Positions 10,975 to 21,110 of a DNA stretch of 64,000 nt are shown here, one piece after another. Numbering within the stretch: the first letter of the stretch is position 1; each line of letters starts with the position of its first letter. The notes beneath the pieces are model-generated. The model had not been told where the DNA came from and ran no database searches. It saw nothing but the letters and a program-made list of their open reading frames with translations. Origin of the DNA: an uncultured Ruminococcus sp. (GTDB lineage Bacteria > Bacillota > Clostridia > Oscillospirales > Ruminococcaceae); the NCBI GenBank assembly GCA_937907215.1, contig CALESG010000110.1, positions 4,635 to 68,634 on the forward strand, read 5' to 3'. The translations under genes were made by a program, and so were the position numbers.

Positions 10975-12213
10975 TTAGTCTTCGATCTTCTTGAAGCACA
11001 GCGTTGCATTGTGTCCGCCAAAGCCTAAAGAATTTGACAAAACAGCCTTTACAGGCATTTGAACCGGACCGTCTGTACAATAATCAAGATCACACTCTTC
11101 GTCAGGTGTTGTGTATCCAATAGTCTGATGAATGAAATCATCCTTGATAGACAGAGCAGAAACAATAGCTTCTACTGCACCTGTACCGCCAAGCATATGA
11201 CCAGTCATAGACTTTGTGGAATTTATCTTTACCTTGCGTGCGTTTTCTTCACCTAAAGCAATCTTTATTGCCCTTGTTTCATACTTATCATTAAGACCTG
11301 TTGAAGTGCCATGTGCATTTATATAGGTAATATCCTCCGGAGCAAGACCGGCTTCTTCATAGGAATTCTTCATGGCTCTTGCAGCAGCTTCACATTCTGG
11401 TGAAGGTGATGTCATATGATAAGCATCACAAGTTGCACCATAGCCTGCGAGTTCACAATAGATCTTTGCTCCTCTTGCCTTTGCATGTTCATATTCTTCA
11501 AGCATAAGAACGCCTGCACCTTCTCCCAATACAAAACCGCTTCTGTTCTTATCAAACGGCGTAGATGCCTTTGCAGGATCGGTTTCACGTGTGAGAGCTT
11601 TCATAGTTTTAAATCCGCCGATAGTAAATTCCGTTACAGTAGACTCAGTACCGCCGCAAAGGCAAGCGTCTAAATATCCATCCTTTATCTTACGGAATGC
11701 CTCACCTATCGCATGAGTAGCAGATGCACAAGCTGTAACAGTAGCAAAGTTATCGCCTCTGAAATTTGTTTTCATAGCGATCTCGCCTGCTGCCATATTA
11801 GATATCATCATAGGAACGAAAAACGGTGAGATTCTGTTTGGACCTTTTTCCAGATACTTTTTATGTTCCTGCTGTGTCATTTCCAAACCACCTATACCGC
11901 AGCCAATAATAACACCGCACTTGTAAACATCAAGATCTTTCATATCACTGCCACAGTCTTCAATAGCCTGCTTTGCAGAAGCAACTGCAAACTGGGTAAA
12001 ACGTTCCATATGGCGAATATCCTTTTTGTCACAATAAACAGTAGGGTCAAAATCACGTACGATTCCTGCTACGCTTACACCTACTTCTGTTGTATCGAAA
12101 CTGTCAATTTTAGAAATTCCCAGTTTTCCTGCTTTAACATTATTCCAAAATGTAGGAACATCACAACCAAGAGGATTTACAGTTCCCATACCGGTAATAA
12201 CTACTCTTCTCAT
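10975..12213 (-). CDS. fabF: beta-ketoacyl-ACP synthase II
   Basis: TACAS, NAHGTST, KSMTGHMLG, NSLGFGGHN. Confidence 0.96.
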   Translation of the reverse strand: MRRVVITGMGTVNPLGCDVPTFWNNVKAGKLGISKIDSFDTTEVGVSVAGIVRDFDPTVYCDKKDIRHMERFTQFAVASAKQAIEDCGSDMKDLDVYKCGVIIGCGIGGLEMTQQEHKKYLEKGPNRISPFFVPMMISNMAAGEIAMKTNFRGDNFATVTACASATHAIGEAFRKIKDGYLDACLCGGTESTVTEFTIGGFKTMKALTRETDPAKASTPFDKNRSGFVLGEGAGVLMLEEYEHAKARGAKIYCELAGYGATCDAYHMTSPSPECEAAARAMKNSYEEAGLAPEDITYINAHGTSTGLNDKYETRAIKIALGEENARKVKINSTKSMTGHMLGGTGAVEAIVSALSIKDDFIHQTIGYTTPDEECDLDYCTDGPVQMPVKAVLSNSLGFGGHNATLCFKKIED

Positions 12214-12305
12214 AAATATATTTCACTCTGCCAAATTATCATAATAACAGATAATACTTCAGCAAACTCCTTTCTGATTAAATAAATAAATTCAATACAG
12301 TTTTA

Positions 12306-13046
12306 TTACATCATAAGACCGCCGGATATTTCAATAGTTTGACCTGTTACATAACTTGCATCTTTTGAACAAAGGAATGAAACAACACTGGCAATCTCTT
12401 CCGGCAAACCATAACGCTTCATTGCAACAAGGCTAAGCATTTCCTTTTTCTGCTCTTCTGTAAGAACATCTGTCATAGGAGTTTTAATAAATCCGGGTGC
12501 TACAGCGTTTACTGTAATATTTCTTGAACCAAGTTCTTTAGCAGCAGTCTTTGTCATGCCTATAATAGCAGCCTTTGACGCAGAATAATTCATCTGTCCA
12601 GGATTGCCATAAAGACCTGCAACAGAAGCCAGACTTACAATACTGCCGTGCTTCTGACGGAGCATAACAGCACCAACGAGCTTTATCATATTAAATACGC
12701 TCTTCTGGTTTACTGCAATAACTGCATCATATTGTTCTTCTGACATTCTAAGCAGCAAGCCGTCTTTTGTAATTCCAGCATTATTTACCAAAGCATCAAT
12801 GCTGCCAAATGTACTCTTGACTGACTTTACCATTTCGTCACACTGAGCATAATCTGCAACATTTGCTGCAAAAAGCTCTGCCTTCACCCCAAAGCTGCGG
12901 CAAGTTTCTGCAACCTTTTCTGCATTCGCTTTATCACCATCACTTGGAAAATGATTTATTGCAACATCATATCCATCTTTTGCAAGACGCTCTGCAATAC
13001 ACGCACCTATTCCCTGAGATGCACCTGTTATGAGTGCTGTAGCCAT
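12306..13046 (-). CDS. fabG: 3-oxoacyl-ACP reductase
   Basis: TGASQGIG, NNAGITKD, YSASK; inside the fab operon. Confidence 0.95.
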   Translation of the reverse strand: MATALITGASQGIGACIAERLAKDGYDVAINHFPSDGDKANAEKVAETCRSFGVKAELFAANVADYAQCDEMVKSVKSTFGSIDALVNNAGITKDGLLLRMSEEQYDAVIAVNQKSVFNMIKLVGAVMLRQKHGSIVSLASVAGLYGNPGQMNYSASKAAIIGMTKTAAKELGSRNITVNAVAPGFIKTPMTDVLTEEQKKEMLSLVAMKRYGLPEEIASVVSFLCSKDASYVTGQTIEISGGLMM

Positions 13047-13065
13047 TTATTTTTCTCCCTTCAAA

Positions 13066-13992
13066 TTATCTGCCCAAAAGCTTTTCAGCCTGTGACATCA
13101 TTTCTTCTATTACATCTTTACATGGACGAATATCCTTTACCATGCCTGCGATAAGTCCGCAGAGGAATGAACCTTCGTCTACGTTGCCGTCTACAACAGC
13201 TTTACGCAGTGAACCTACTGTCAATGCTTCAAAATCCTCCGGAGGTGCAGCATTCTTCTCCATCTCCTGAAGTTTCTTTGTATACTTCGTCTTTACGCTG
13301 CGGCATGGGCTTCCGGAATAGAAACCTGTGATCTGATTATCTGTATCCTTTGCTTTTAAGACAAGATTCTTATAGTTTTCGTGAATCTGACATTCTTCTG
13401 TTGCAAGGAATCTTGTACCTACTTGTACACCTTCTGCACCAAGCATAAATGACGCTGCAACTCCTCTGCCGTCTGCAATGCCTCCTGCTGCAATAACAGG
13501 AATATTAACTGCATCAACTACCTGAGGCACAAGACACATTGTAGTATTCATGCCGATATGTCCGCCTGATTCTGTGCCTTCTGCAATAACTGCATCTGCA
13601 CCGCTGCGTTCCATACGCTTTGCAAGAGCAACAGATGGAACTACAGGTATAACTTTAATGCCTGCTGCTTTCCAGCTTTCCATATACTTGCCCGGATTGC
13701 CGGCACCTGTTGTTATAAACGGAACTTTCTCATCAATAACAAGCTGTGCTAAATCTTCAGCATTTGGACTCATAAGCATAATATTTACGCCAAAAGGCTT
13801 GTCACCAACTTTATCTCTACATATTCTTATCTGCTCACGAAGATAGTCAATAGGTGCACTGCCGCCTGCAATAATTCCACAACCGCCTGCATTTGTAACA
13901 GCTGCTGCAAGTGTACTTTCTGCTATCCATGCCATTCCGCCCTGAAAAAGCGGATATTTGCAGCCAAGCAACTCTGTGATTTTTGTTTTCAT
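13066..13992 (-). CDS. fabK: enoyl-ACP reductase II
   Basis: QGGMAWIA, EGTESGGHIG, AAGGIADGRG; fab operon context. Confidence 0.93.
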   Translation of the reverse strand: MKTKITELLGCKYPLFQGGMAWIAESTLAAAVTNAGGCGIIAGGSAPIDYLREQIRICRDKVGDKPFGVNIMLMSPNAEDLAQLVIDEKVPFITTGAGNPGKYMESWKAAGIKVIPVVPSVALAKRMERSGADAVIAEGTESGGHIGMNTTMCLVPQVVDAVNIPVIAAGGIADGRGVAASFMLGAEGVQVGTRFLATEECQIHENYKNLVLKAKDTDNQITGFYSGSPCRSVKTKYTKKLQEMEKNAAPPEDFEALTVGSLRKAVVDGNVDEGSFLCGLIAGMVKDIRPCKDVIEEMMSQAEKLLGR

Positions 13993-14043
13993 AATATTTT
14001 CCTTTCTCCGTTATCGGATACTTTTACAGCCAATGTTTTAAAT

Positions 14044-15054
14044 TTAATATTCCATAATTATAGCCGCATAGGTAAGACCAGCACCGAAACCTACAAGACA
14101 TATCTTATCGCCACGCTTTATCTCACCTGAACGAACAGCCTCATCGAGTGCAATAGGGATAGACGCACTTGATGTATTTCCGTGCTGTTTAATATTAACA
14201 ACGACTTTTTCCATAGGAAGTTTCAGATTTTTCATAGCAGTTTCAATAATTCTTATATTTGCCTGATGCGGTACTATTTTATCAAGACTGCCGAGTTCAA
14301 AGCCTATTTTATCAGCAGCAGCCTTTGCTGCCTTTGGCATTGCATGGGTCGCAAATCGATAAACTTCCTTGCCGTCCTGCTTCATGCCATGAGAATAGTT
14401 TCCTTCCGGTGCTGAGCTGAAATCGTGCCATTCATATGACAGTTTTTCTTCGTCAACAAAAGGTGAATCAGGAAGTGCACTTTTTGCAAAAAGATACTTA
14501 GCACCTGTACCATCAGCACCAAGATGACTTGAATAAAGTGTATCTTCTTTGTATTCCACAACAGCAGCGGCTGCACCATCGCCAAACAGAATACATGATG
14601 AACGATCCTCATAGTTTGTGATACGTGACAACTGTTCATTTGCAATAACCAGAGCATATTTTGAATCAGGCTCTGTTTTTAGAAAACGATGTGCCATATC
14701 CATAGCATACACAAATCCGGAACAAGCTGCATTTAAGTCAAAGCAGGCTGCATTCACTGCACCCGTTTCACGCTGAATAATGCAAGACATAGACGGTGTA
14801 CAGTAATCCTGTGTAATAGTTGTATCAATAATAAGTGCGATCTCAGCCGGATCTATTCCAGCAGCATCAATTGCCGACTTTGCTGCCTCAGCACCCATAT
14901 ACCATGTAGGCTCTCCTGTTGCAACATGTCTTACGCTTATACCGGTACGTGTACGAATCCACTCATCATTCGTTTCAATAAATTTTGTAAGATCCTCATT
15001 TGTAAGCGTTCCATCCGGCGTAAAGCTGCCGGTTCCTAAAATGTGAAGGCCCAT
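14044..15054 (-). CDS. fabH: beta-ketoacyl-ACP synthase III
   Basis: AACSGF, PHQAN, GNTSSAS. Confidence 0.96.
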   Translation of the reverse strand: MGLHILGTGSFTPDGTLTNEDLTKFIETNDEWIRTRTGISVRHVATGEPTWYMGAEAAKSAIDAAGIDPAEIALIIDTTITQDYCTPSMSCIIQRETGAVNAACFDLNAACSGFVYAMDMAHRFLKTEPDSKYALVIANEQLSRITNYEDRSSCILFGDGAAAAVVEYKEDTLYSSHLGADGTGAKYLFAKSALPDSPFVDEEKLSYEWHDFSSAPEGNYSHGMKQDGKEVYRFATHAMPKAAKAAADKIGFELGSLDKIVPHQANIRIIETAMKNLKLPMEKVVVNIKQHGNTSSASIPIALDEAVRSGEIKRGDKICLVGFGAGLTYAAIIMEY

Positions 15055-15309
15055 GGAAAAATTCCTCCGTTCCTATTGTGTTTATTTTAATTTTGTGATA
15101 TGATTAGAAAAGCAGAGATAACATAATACTCATCTGCTGGAAATCATACACTCTTATATTATACAATATTTCGGTGACTTTTGCAATGACAAAGCGTGTT
15201 TTTTTATATAAACTCCAACAGCTTTATATATTTTGTATATTCAAATACGTTTTTACAAAGTGATCATTAGCATAATTCACCAATGAAAGTGGAAAGGACT
15301 TACGTTTTT

Positions 15310-16218
15310 ATGACAATTTCTCTATTTTCAGGACAAGGCTCACAATTTATCGGAATGGGCATTGATCTCTTAAATGCAGACCCTTCTATCGGCTTTATTT
15401 ATGACACAGCCTCAGATGTTCTAGGCTTCGATCTTAAAAAAATCATATCTGAAAGCGATGCTGAAACACTTTCAAGAACAATTTACGCTCAGCCAGCCAT
15501 TATGGCAACCTCTCTTGTATGCCTTGAGGCTGCAAAAAAGCGTGGCTTTGAATTTGAAGGTGTTGCCGGACATTCTCTTGGCGAATATGCTGCTATGGTC
15601 GCTTCCGGTATGCTGTCTTTAGAAGACGGATTCCGTGTTATCAAAGCTCGTGCTGCTGCAATGGATAAAGCTGCACAAAATTCAGAAGGTTCAATGTGTG
15701 CTATTCTAAAAATGGCTCCGGCAGATGTGGAAAAACTCTGCGAAGAAATTGACGGCTATGTTGTGCCGGCAAACTATAACTCATCTGTTCAAACTGTAAT
15801 TGCTGGTGAAAAGGCTGCTGTTGCCGCTGCCGCAGAAGCTGCTGCTGCTAAACGTGCAAGAGCCGTTCCGCTTGCTGTAGCAAGTGCATTCCACACAAAG
15901 ATCATGCAGCCTGCCGCTGATGAATTTTATGAAATGGTAAAGAATGTTAAATTTAACGTTCCAAATGTTAAGTTCTATTCAAATGTACTTGGAACAGAAC
16001 TTACTGACTTTTCTGATATACCTTCACTGCTGGCTAAACATATTGTATCACCTGTTCGTTTTACAGCAGAACTGGCTGCTATGCAGTCTGATGGATTTGA
16101 TAGATTTATAGAATTCGGTCCAAAAAATGTTCTGACTGGTCTTGTTAAAAAGACGCTCAAGGATGTAACAGCTAAAAACTGCGAAAATTGCAGTACTCTT
16201 GAAGAGGTGATGTCATAA
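15310..16218 (+). CDS. fabD: malonyl-CoA:ACP transacylase
   Basis: FSGQGSQ, GHSLGEY, SAFH; start after the GAAAGGA RBS. Confidence 0.95.
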   Translation: MTISLFSGQGSQFIGMGIDLLNADPSIGFIYDTASDVLGFDLKKIISESDAETLSRTIYAQPAIMATSLVCLEAAKKRGFEFEGVAGHSLGEYAAMVASGMLSLEDGFRVIKARAAAMDKAAQNSEGSMCAILKMAPADVEKLCEEIDGYVVPANYNSSVQTVIAGEKAAVAAAAEAAAAKRARAVPLAVASAFHTKIMQPAADEFYEMVKNVKFNVPNVKFYSNVLGTELTDFSDIPSLLAKHIVSPVRFTAELAAMQSDGFDRFIEFGPKNVLTGLVKKTLKDVTAKNCENCSTLEEVMS

Positions 16219-17078
16219 TGAATAAATACATACTTATAGGTCATCCTTTGGGTCACTCAATGTCACCTATGATCCATGAAAAACTTTTTGCAATAAAAGG
16301 CAGAAAAGCTGATTATAGCCTAGTAGAAATAACTCCGGAAGAATTACATTTAAAAACTGATTTTTTAAGACAATTCAAGGGATTTAATATAACAATACCA
16401 CACAAGCAAAATATTATTCCTCTGCTTGATGAAATAGGTGAATCTGCTGCAAGATATAACTCTGTAAACTGCGTTGTAAACGATGGCGGAAAGCTTATTG
16501 GATATAATACTGACTGTGACGGATTTATAAGAAGTGTAGAAAAATATCCCATGAATGGAAAAGTTCTTCTTGTAGGCTGCGGCGGTGTTGGCAGAATGAT
16601 GGCAATTGAAGCTGCGAGAAGCGGTGCTGATCTTACATTTGGCATACTGCCGTGTGATAAGGAAAGGGCAGCTATTCTTACAGAAGAGATACATATCATG
16701 AGTCCTGATACAAAGATAAAAACTGTTCTTACATCAGACCTTGATGACAGCTTTGATGTTATACTAAACGCTACTCCGGCAGGAATGTATCCTAAGACAG
16801 AAACTTGTGCTGTAAGCGATTCTCTGATCGAAAAATGCAGCTATGTATTTGACGCTGTTTATAATCCTGTTGAAACTACACTCATGAGAAAGGCAAGGAG
16901 TTTTGGAAAAACTGCCAAGGGCGGAAGTGCAATGCTGGTATTACAGGCTGTAAAGGCTCATGAACTTTGGGATAATGATTTCTATACTGAAGATCAGATA
17001 GATGAAATAATAACAGCAATGGAAAAGCAGGTAACAGAGCAATTCCCTGTAACTGTAAACGGAGGTGACCATAGGTGA
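16218..17078 (+). CDS. aroE: shikimate dehydrogenase
   Basis: HSMSP, GFNITIPHK, NTDCDG, NATPAGM. Confidence 0.93.
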   Translation: MNKYILIGHPLGHSMSPMIHEKLFAIKGRKADYSLVEITPEELHLKTDFLRQFKGFNITIPHKQNIIPLLDEIGESAARYNSVNCVVNDGGKLIGYNTDCDGFIRSVEKYPMNGKVLLVGCGGVGRMMAIEAARSGADLTFGILPCDKERAAILTEEIHIMSPDTKIKTVLTSDLDDSFDVILNATPAGMYPKTETCAVSDSLIEKCSYVFDAVYNPVETTLMRKARSFGKTAKGGSAMLVLQAVKAHELWDNDFYTEDQIDEIITAMEKQVTEQFPVTVNGGDHR

Positions 17079-17596
17079 CGATATTTCTTTGCGGCTTTAT
17101 GGGCTGCGGAAAAACCACTGTCGGACACTCTCTTGCCAAAACTCTTGGCATTCCGCTCATTGATACAGATGAAGAAATCGTAAAACATGAGAGTATGAGC
17201 ATACCTCAGATTTTTGAACAGAAGGGTGAACCTTATTTCAGAAAAGTCGAAGCTGAAATAGTTTGCGGTCTTTGCTCAAAAAACGCAGTTATAGCTTGTG
17301 GCGGCGGTGCTATGTTAAACAATGATACTGCATTAACTGTAAAAAACTCAGGAGCTTCTATAGTACTTCTTGACTTAAATTTTGAAGAATGTTATGCCAG
17401 AATAAAAGATGACCAAAACCGCCCTATAGTTCAGAAAAACACAAAGCAGCAGCTGAATGAAATATTTGATAATCGTTTAGGCGTATATCAAAACAATGCA
17501 ACAGTATCTGTTAAGCTTTCATATGAACTTACACCGGACGAATCAGCAAAACGCATTATTGAAATCTTAGGCATAAATGTGCCTACAGCTTGTTAA
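17075..17596 (+). CDS. aroK: shikimate kinase
   Basis: GFMGCGKTT, GEPYFR, GGG, RP motifs; GTG start overlapping the aroE stop. Confidence 0.93.
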   Translation: MTIFLCGFMGCGKTTVGHSLAKTLGIPLIDTDEEIVKHESMSIPQIFEQKGEPYFRKVEAEIVCGLCSKNAVIACGGGAMLNNDTALTVKNSGASIVLLDLNFEECYARIKDDQNRPIVQKNTKQQLNEIFDNRLGVYQNNATVSVKLSYELTPDESAKRIIEILGINVPTAC

Positions 17597-17608
17597 ACAG
17601 GAGATAAA

Positions 17609-18754
17609 ATGAAAATATATAATGCAGTGATATATACTATGACCGACAAAGGCATTATCGACAGAGGATTTGTATCTGTTGAAAATGGAAAAATATCTGA
17701 GGTTTCCAGCGGATACCCTGATAATATTTCCGTAGAAGATATTGACGCAGAAGGCAGTATACTTCTACCTGGTTTTATTGATGCACACACTCACCTTGGC
17801 ATTTTAGAAAACGGACTTGATTTTGAAGGAGATGACTGCAACGAAGCATCCGATCCATTCACTCCACAAATGAGAGCTATCGATGGCGTAAACCCTTTGG
17901 ATTTCTGCTTTGAAGAAGCCAGACGGAGCGGTGTTACTGCTGTTATGACTTCTCCGGGCAGTGCAAATGCCTGCGGCGGTTCTATGCTTGTTATGAAAAC
18001 TATGGGCGTTTGTGCCGATGATATGGCAATAGCTACAGCGGGAATTAAATTTGCTCTTGGCGAAAATCCAAAGAATGTATACAATAACAGAGATGAAGCA
18101 CCTAAAACAAGAATGGCTACAGCGGCAATCATACGTGAAGGACTTTATAAGGCTAAGCGTTATCTTTCCGATTGCGAAACAGCTGATGATGATACTGAAC
18201 TTCCGGATTATGATGCTAAATGTGAATCGCTTATTCCACTTCTAAAAGGTGATATGAAAGCTCATTTTCACTGTCATCGTGCTGATGATATATGCACCGC
18301 TATACGTATTGCAAAGGAATTTCACCTTGACGCTGTAATCGTTCACGGAACAGAGGCACATCTTATTCCTGAAATAATAAAAAGAGCCGACATTCCGGTA
18401 ATATGCGGACCTACTCTTTGCGACAGATGCAAGCCTGAGATGAAAAATCTCACTATAAACAATCCGGCAATTCTGAAAAAAAATGGAATTCAAACAGCTA
18501 TATGCACTGACCATACTGTTATACCGGTGCAGTATTTGTCTACTTGTGCTGCTCTTGCTGTAAAAGGCGGAATGTCAACAGAAGACGCACTTTACAGCAT
18601 AACAATGGGAGCATCAAAAATCCTTGGAACTGAAAAACACATCGGATGTATAGCAAAAGGAATGGACGCTGATCTTCAGCTGTACAGAAAAAATCCGCTT
18701 GACCTAACAGAAGATCCTTGGCTAGTAATGATAGACGGAAAGGAGTGCTTCTGA
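17609..18754 (+). CDS. metal-dependent amidohydrolase
   Basis: PGFIDAHTHLG, KFALGENPK, HCHRADDI, TDH. Confidence 0.88.
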   Translation: MKIYNAVIYTMTDKGIIDRGFVSVENGKISEVSSGYPDNISVEDIDAEGSILLPGFIDAHTHLGILENGLDFEGDDCNEASDPFTPQMRAIDGVNPLDFCFEEARRSGVTAVMTSPGSANACGGSMLVMKTMGVCADDMAIATAGIKFALGENPKNVYNNRDEAPKTRMATAAIIREGLYKAKRYLSDCETADDDTELPDYDAKCESLIPLLKGDMKAHFHCHRADDICTAIRIAKEFHLDAVIVHGTEAHLIPEIIKRADIPVICGPTLCDRCKPEMKNLTINNPAILKKNGIQTAICTDHTVIPVQYLSTCAALAVKGGMSTEDALYSITMGASKILGTEKHIGCIAKGMDADLQLYRKNPLDLTEDPWLVMIDGKECF

Positions 18755-18756
18755 TA

Positions 18757-19245
18757 ATGGATATAGACGAAGAAATGAAAAAGATGGAAGATGAAATAAA
18801 AGCGGAAAAACAAAAGAACAAAAACAAAAAAACAACATCATCCACCTACTCACCAAGCGTAGAAAAGAAAAAAACAAATCCACTTCTTGAATTTTTAATA
18901 GGCTTTGTAATGCTTGGCGGCGGTATTTACTGGGTTCTTAACTCATTTGTTGTATCCTTTTCATGGGGTAGTATATGGAGCAGTTTCGGTATGAGTCCGG
19001 CTCTTTCAACTGGTCTTATGCTAATACCACTCTTTGTGGGAATAGGTCTTGCGTTTTTCATGGAGAAAAAAGCTCTGCCGGGTGCTGTGATAGCCCTTGG
19101 AGTGCTTATAATTCTTATAACACTGCTCACAAGCGTTCGATTTAGACCACTTTCAGCTTCATTATGGCAATATATAGTCATGTTTGGCATGATTGCTGCC
19201 GGAACAGGTCTTCTTGCAAAGTCACTTTTTAAAAAAAGTGAATAA
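18757..19245 (+). CDS. hypothetical 4-TM membrane protein
   Basis: AAGGAG RBS; charged N-terminus followed by four hydrophobic segments. Confidence 0.75.
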   Translation: MDIDEEMKKMEDEIKAEKQKNKNKKTTSSTYSPSVEKKKTNPLLEFLIGFVMLGGGIYWVLNSFVVSFSWGSIWSSFGMSPALSTGLMLIPLFVGIGLAFFMEKKALPGAVIALGVLIILITLLTSVRFRPLSASLWQYIVMFGMIAAGTGLLAKSLFKKSE

Positions 19246-19373
19246 AAACTGGTATTATTCAGAAAAAAATCAAAAAAAGTATTCCCATATGAAAAAATAT
19301 GTGATATAATGATTAAGTACAAAATTTGTGCAACAAATAATATTTTAATGTTTTATCAAGAGGTGTATATAAA

Positions 19374-20441
19374 ATGGAAATCAAAAAAACTCTTACAACA
19401 ACACCTAAGGCTAAGCCTACAGATGAAAGCAAGCTTGGCTTTGGCCACGTTTTTACTGACCATATGCTGGTTATGCCTTATGATACTGGCAAGGGCTGGC
19501 ATGATCCAGAAATCATTCCTTATGGCAATCTTTCATTAAGTCCGGCTGCAATGTGTTTGCATTATGGTCAGACAGTATTTGAAGGTATGAAGGCTTATCG
19601 TGCTGCTGATGATTCTATCCAGCTTTTCCGTCCTGAGGAAAACTTTAAAAGACTTAATAAGTCAAATGAGCGTCTTGTTATTCCGGAACTTCCTGTTGAC
19701 CTTGCTATGCAGTGCTTAAAGGAACTCCTTGAAGTTGATAAGGATTGGGTTCCACATATGGACGGCACTTCACTCTACATTCGTCCATTTATAATTGCAG
19801 CTGACCCATTCCTTGGCGTACGTCCTGGCGACCAGTATTTGTTCATTATCATTCTCAGTCCATCTGGTGCATATTATGCTTCCGGTTTGAATCCTGTAAA
19901 TATTTACGTTGAAGATAAGTATGTTCGTGCCGTAAGAGGTGGTATGGGCTTTGCTAAGACAGGCGGCAACTATGCAGCTTCTCTCCACAGCCAAGATGAT
20001 GCTCACAAAATCAATTACTCACAGGTTCTGTGGCTTGACGGCGTAGAACAGAAGTATATTGAAGAAGTTGGTGCTATGAATATCTTCTTCGTTATTGACG
20101 GTGAAATAGTTACACCATCACTTGAAACAGGTTCTATTCTGGGCGGTATCACAAGAAAGTCTACAATAGAACTTTGTAAGAGCTGGGGTATGAAGGTTTC
20201 TGAAAAACGTATAACTATTCAAGAAGTTGCAGAGGCCTATGATGCAGGTAAGCTTGATGAAGTATTTGGTACTGGTACAGCTGCCGTTATTTCTCCTGTT
20301 GGTCATCTCAAGTGGGAAGACAAGGTAATGGAGATCAATGATAATAAGATCGGCCCTATTTCTCAGAAGATCTATGATACCCTTACAGGTATTCAGTGGG
20401 GTAAGGTTGAGGACACATTCGGCTGGACTCAAAAGCTCTAA
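19374..20441 (+). CDS. ilvE: branched-chain amino acid aminotransferase
   Basis: [22 protein letters not shown] (PLP Lys), [16 protein letters not shown]. Confidence 0.96.
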   Translation: MEIKKTLTTTPKAKPTDESKLGFGHVFTDHMLVMPYDTGKGWHDPEIIPYGNLSLSPAAMCLHYGQTVFEGMKAYRAADDSIQLFRPEENFKRLNKSNERLVIPELPVDLAMQCLKELLEVDKDWVPHMDGTSLYIRPFIIAADPFLGVRPGDQYLFIIILSPSGAYYASGLNPVNIYVEDKYVRAVRGGMGFAKTGGNYAASLHSQDDAHKINYSQVLWLDGVEQKYIEEVGAMNIFFVIDGEIVTPSLETGSILGGITRKSTIELCKSWGMKVSEKRITIQEVAEAYDAGKLDEVFGTGTAAVISPVGHLKWEDKVMEINDNKIGPISQKIYDTLTGIQWGKVEDTFGWTQKL

Positions 20442-20479
20442 TATAAATTAAATTCAGGCTAAAAAATAAATATCAAACA

Positions 20480-20528
20480 AATTGGCGTAAGGTTCAACTT
20501 AAAAAGTTTGAAACCTTACGCCGATTTG
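20480..20528. terminator. terminator hairpin between ilvE and the convergent small gene
   Basis: attggcgtaaggtt...aaccttacgccgat inverted repeat. Confidence 0.7.
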
Positions 20529-20801
20529 TTATTCCACGGAGTTGATCTGCTTTTCAGAATATTCAGATTGCTTTGCTGCATTCAATTTTTCAAGGTCATT
20601 TACAAGATAATCTGTACTGCGATATACACTTCTGTTTATTGGAGGCTCATATGTTACCTCAATATTTCCATCTGAATTCTTTTCCAAAATAAGCTTAAGA
20701 TTTTTTGGAAGCCTTACTCCCCATCTTTTCTTAGTATACATTATACATCTATTTATCTCTTCGTCCGTAAAATTGCCGCACTTTATTTCCGTCTGCATCA
20801 T
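20529..20801 (-). CDS. 90-aa protein with an NrdD-like C-terminal glycyl-radical loop in which Gly is replaced by Asp
   Basis: AGAAAGGTG RBS; RSTDYLVNDLEKLNAAKQSE aligns without gaps to this window's NrdD RITGYLVGTLDRFNDAKRSE (11/20 identical). Confidence 0.75.
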   Translation of the reverse strand: MMQTEIKCGNFTDEEINRCIMYTKKRWGVRLPKNLKLILEKNSDGNIEVTYEPPINRSVYRSTDYLVNDLEKLNAAKQSEYSEKQINSVE

Positions 20802-20896
20802 TATAAAAAACACCTTTCTTAATTTTAATAATATAATAACACAACGCCGGTCTAAATATATTGACAAATAATGAATTTATAAAAAATTTGCGTATT

Positions 20897-21058
20897 AGAA
20901 CCTGTCTTCATAAGATCAGTGTGCGGATTTTCGAGCATAATTTGGGCGATTACAAGAAAAAATTCGCAGGCATACTTACGTGCAGCAAGGATTTTTGACA
21001 CAGCAAACGGAAAGGTTTGCCGAAAAGACGTGTGCTGCATCTTGTGAAGGCAGGTTCT
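20897..21058. repeat. ~162-bp MITE-like palindromic element
   Basis: TIRs agaacctgtcttcataagat / atcttgtgaaggcaggttct; shares gtgcggatttt(t/c)gagcataattt with the 6756 copy. Confidence 0.8.
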
Positions 21059-21110
21059 TAAACCAATATCTGCTGCATACCATTTTTTTAAAGAGATGGA
21101 GGTGTTTTTT

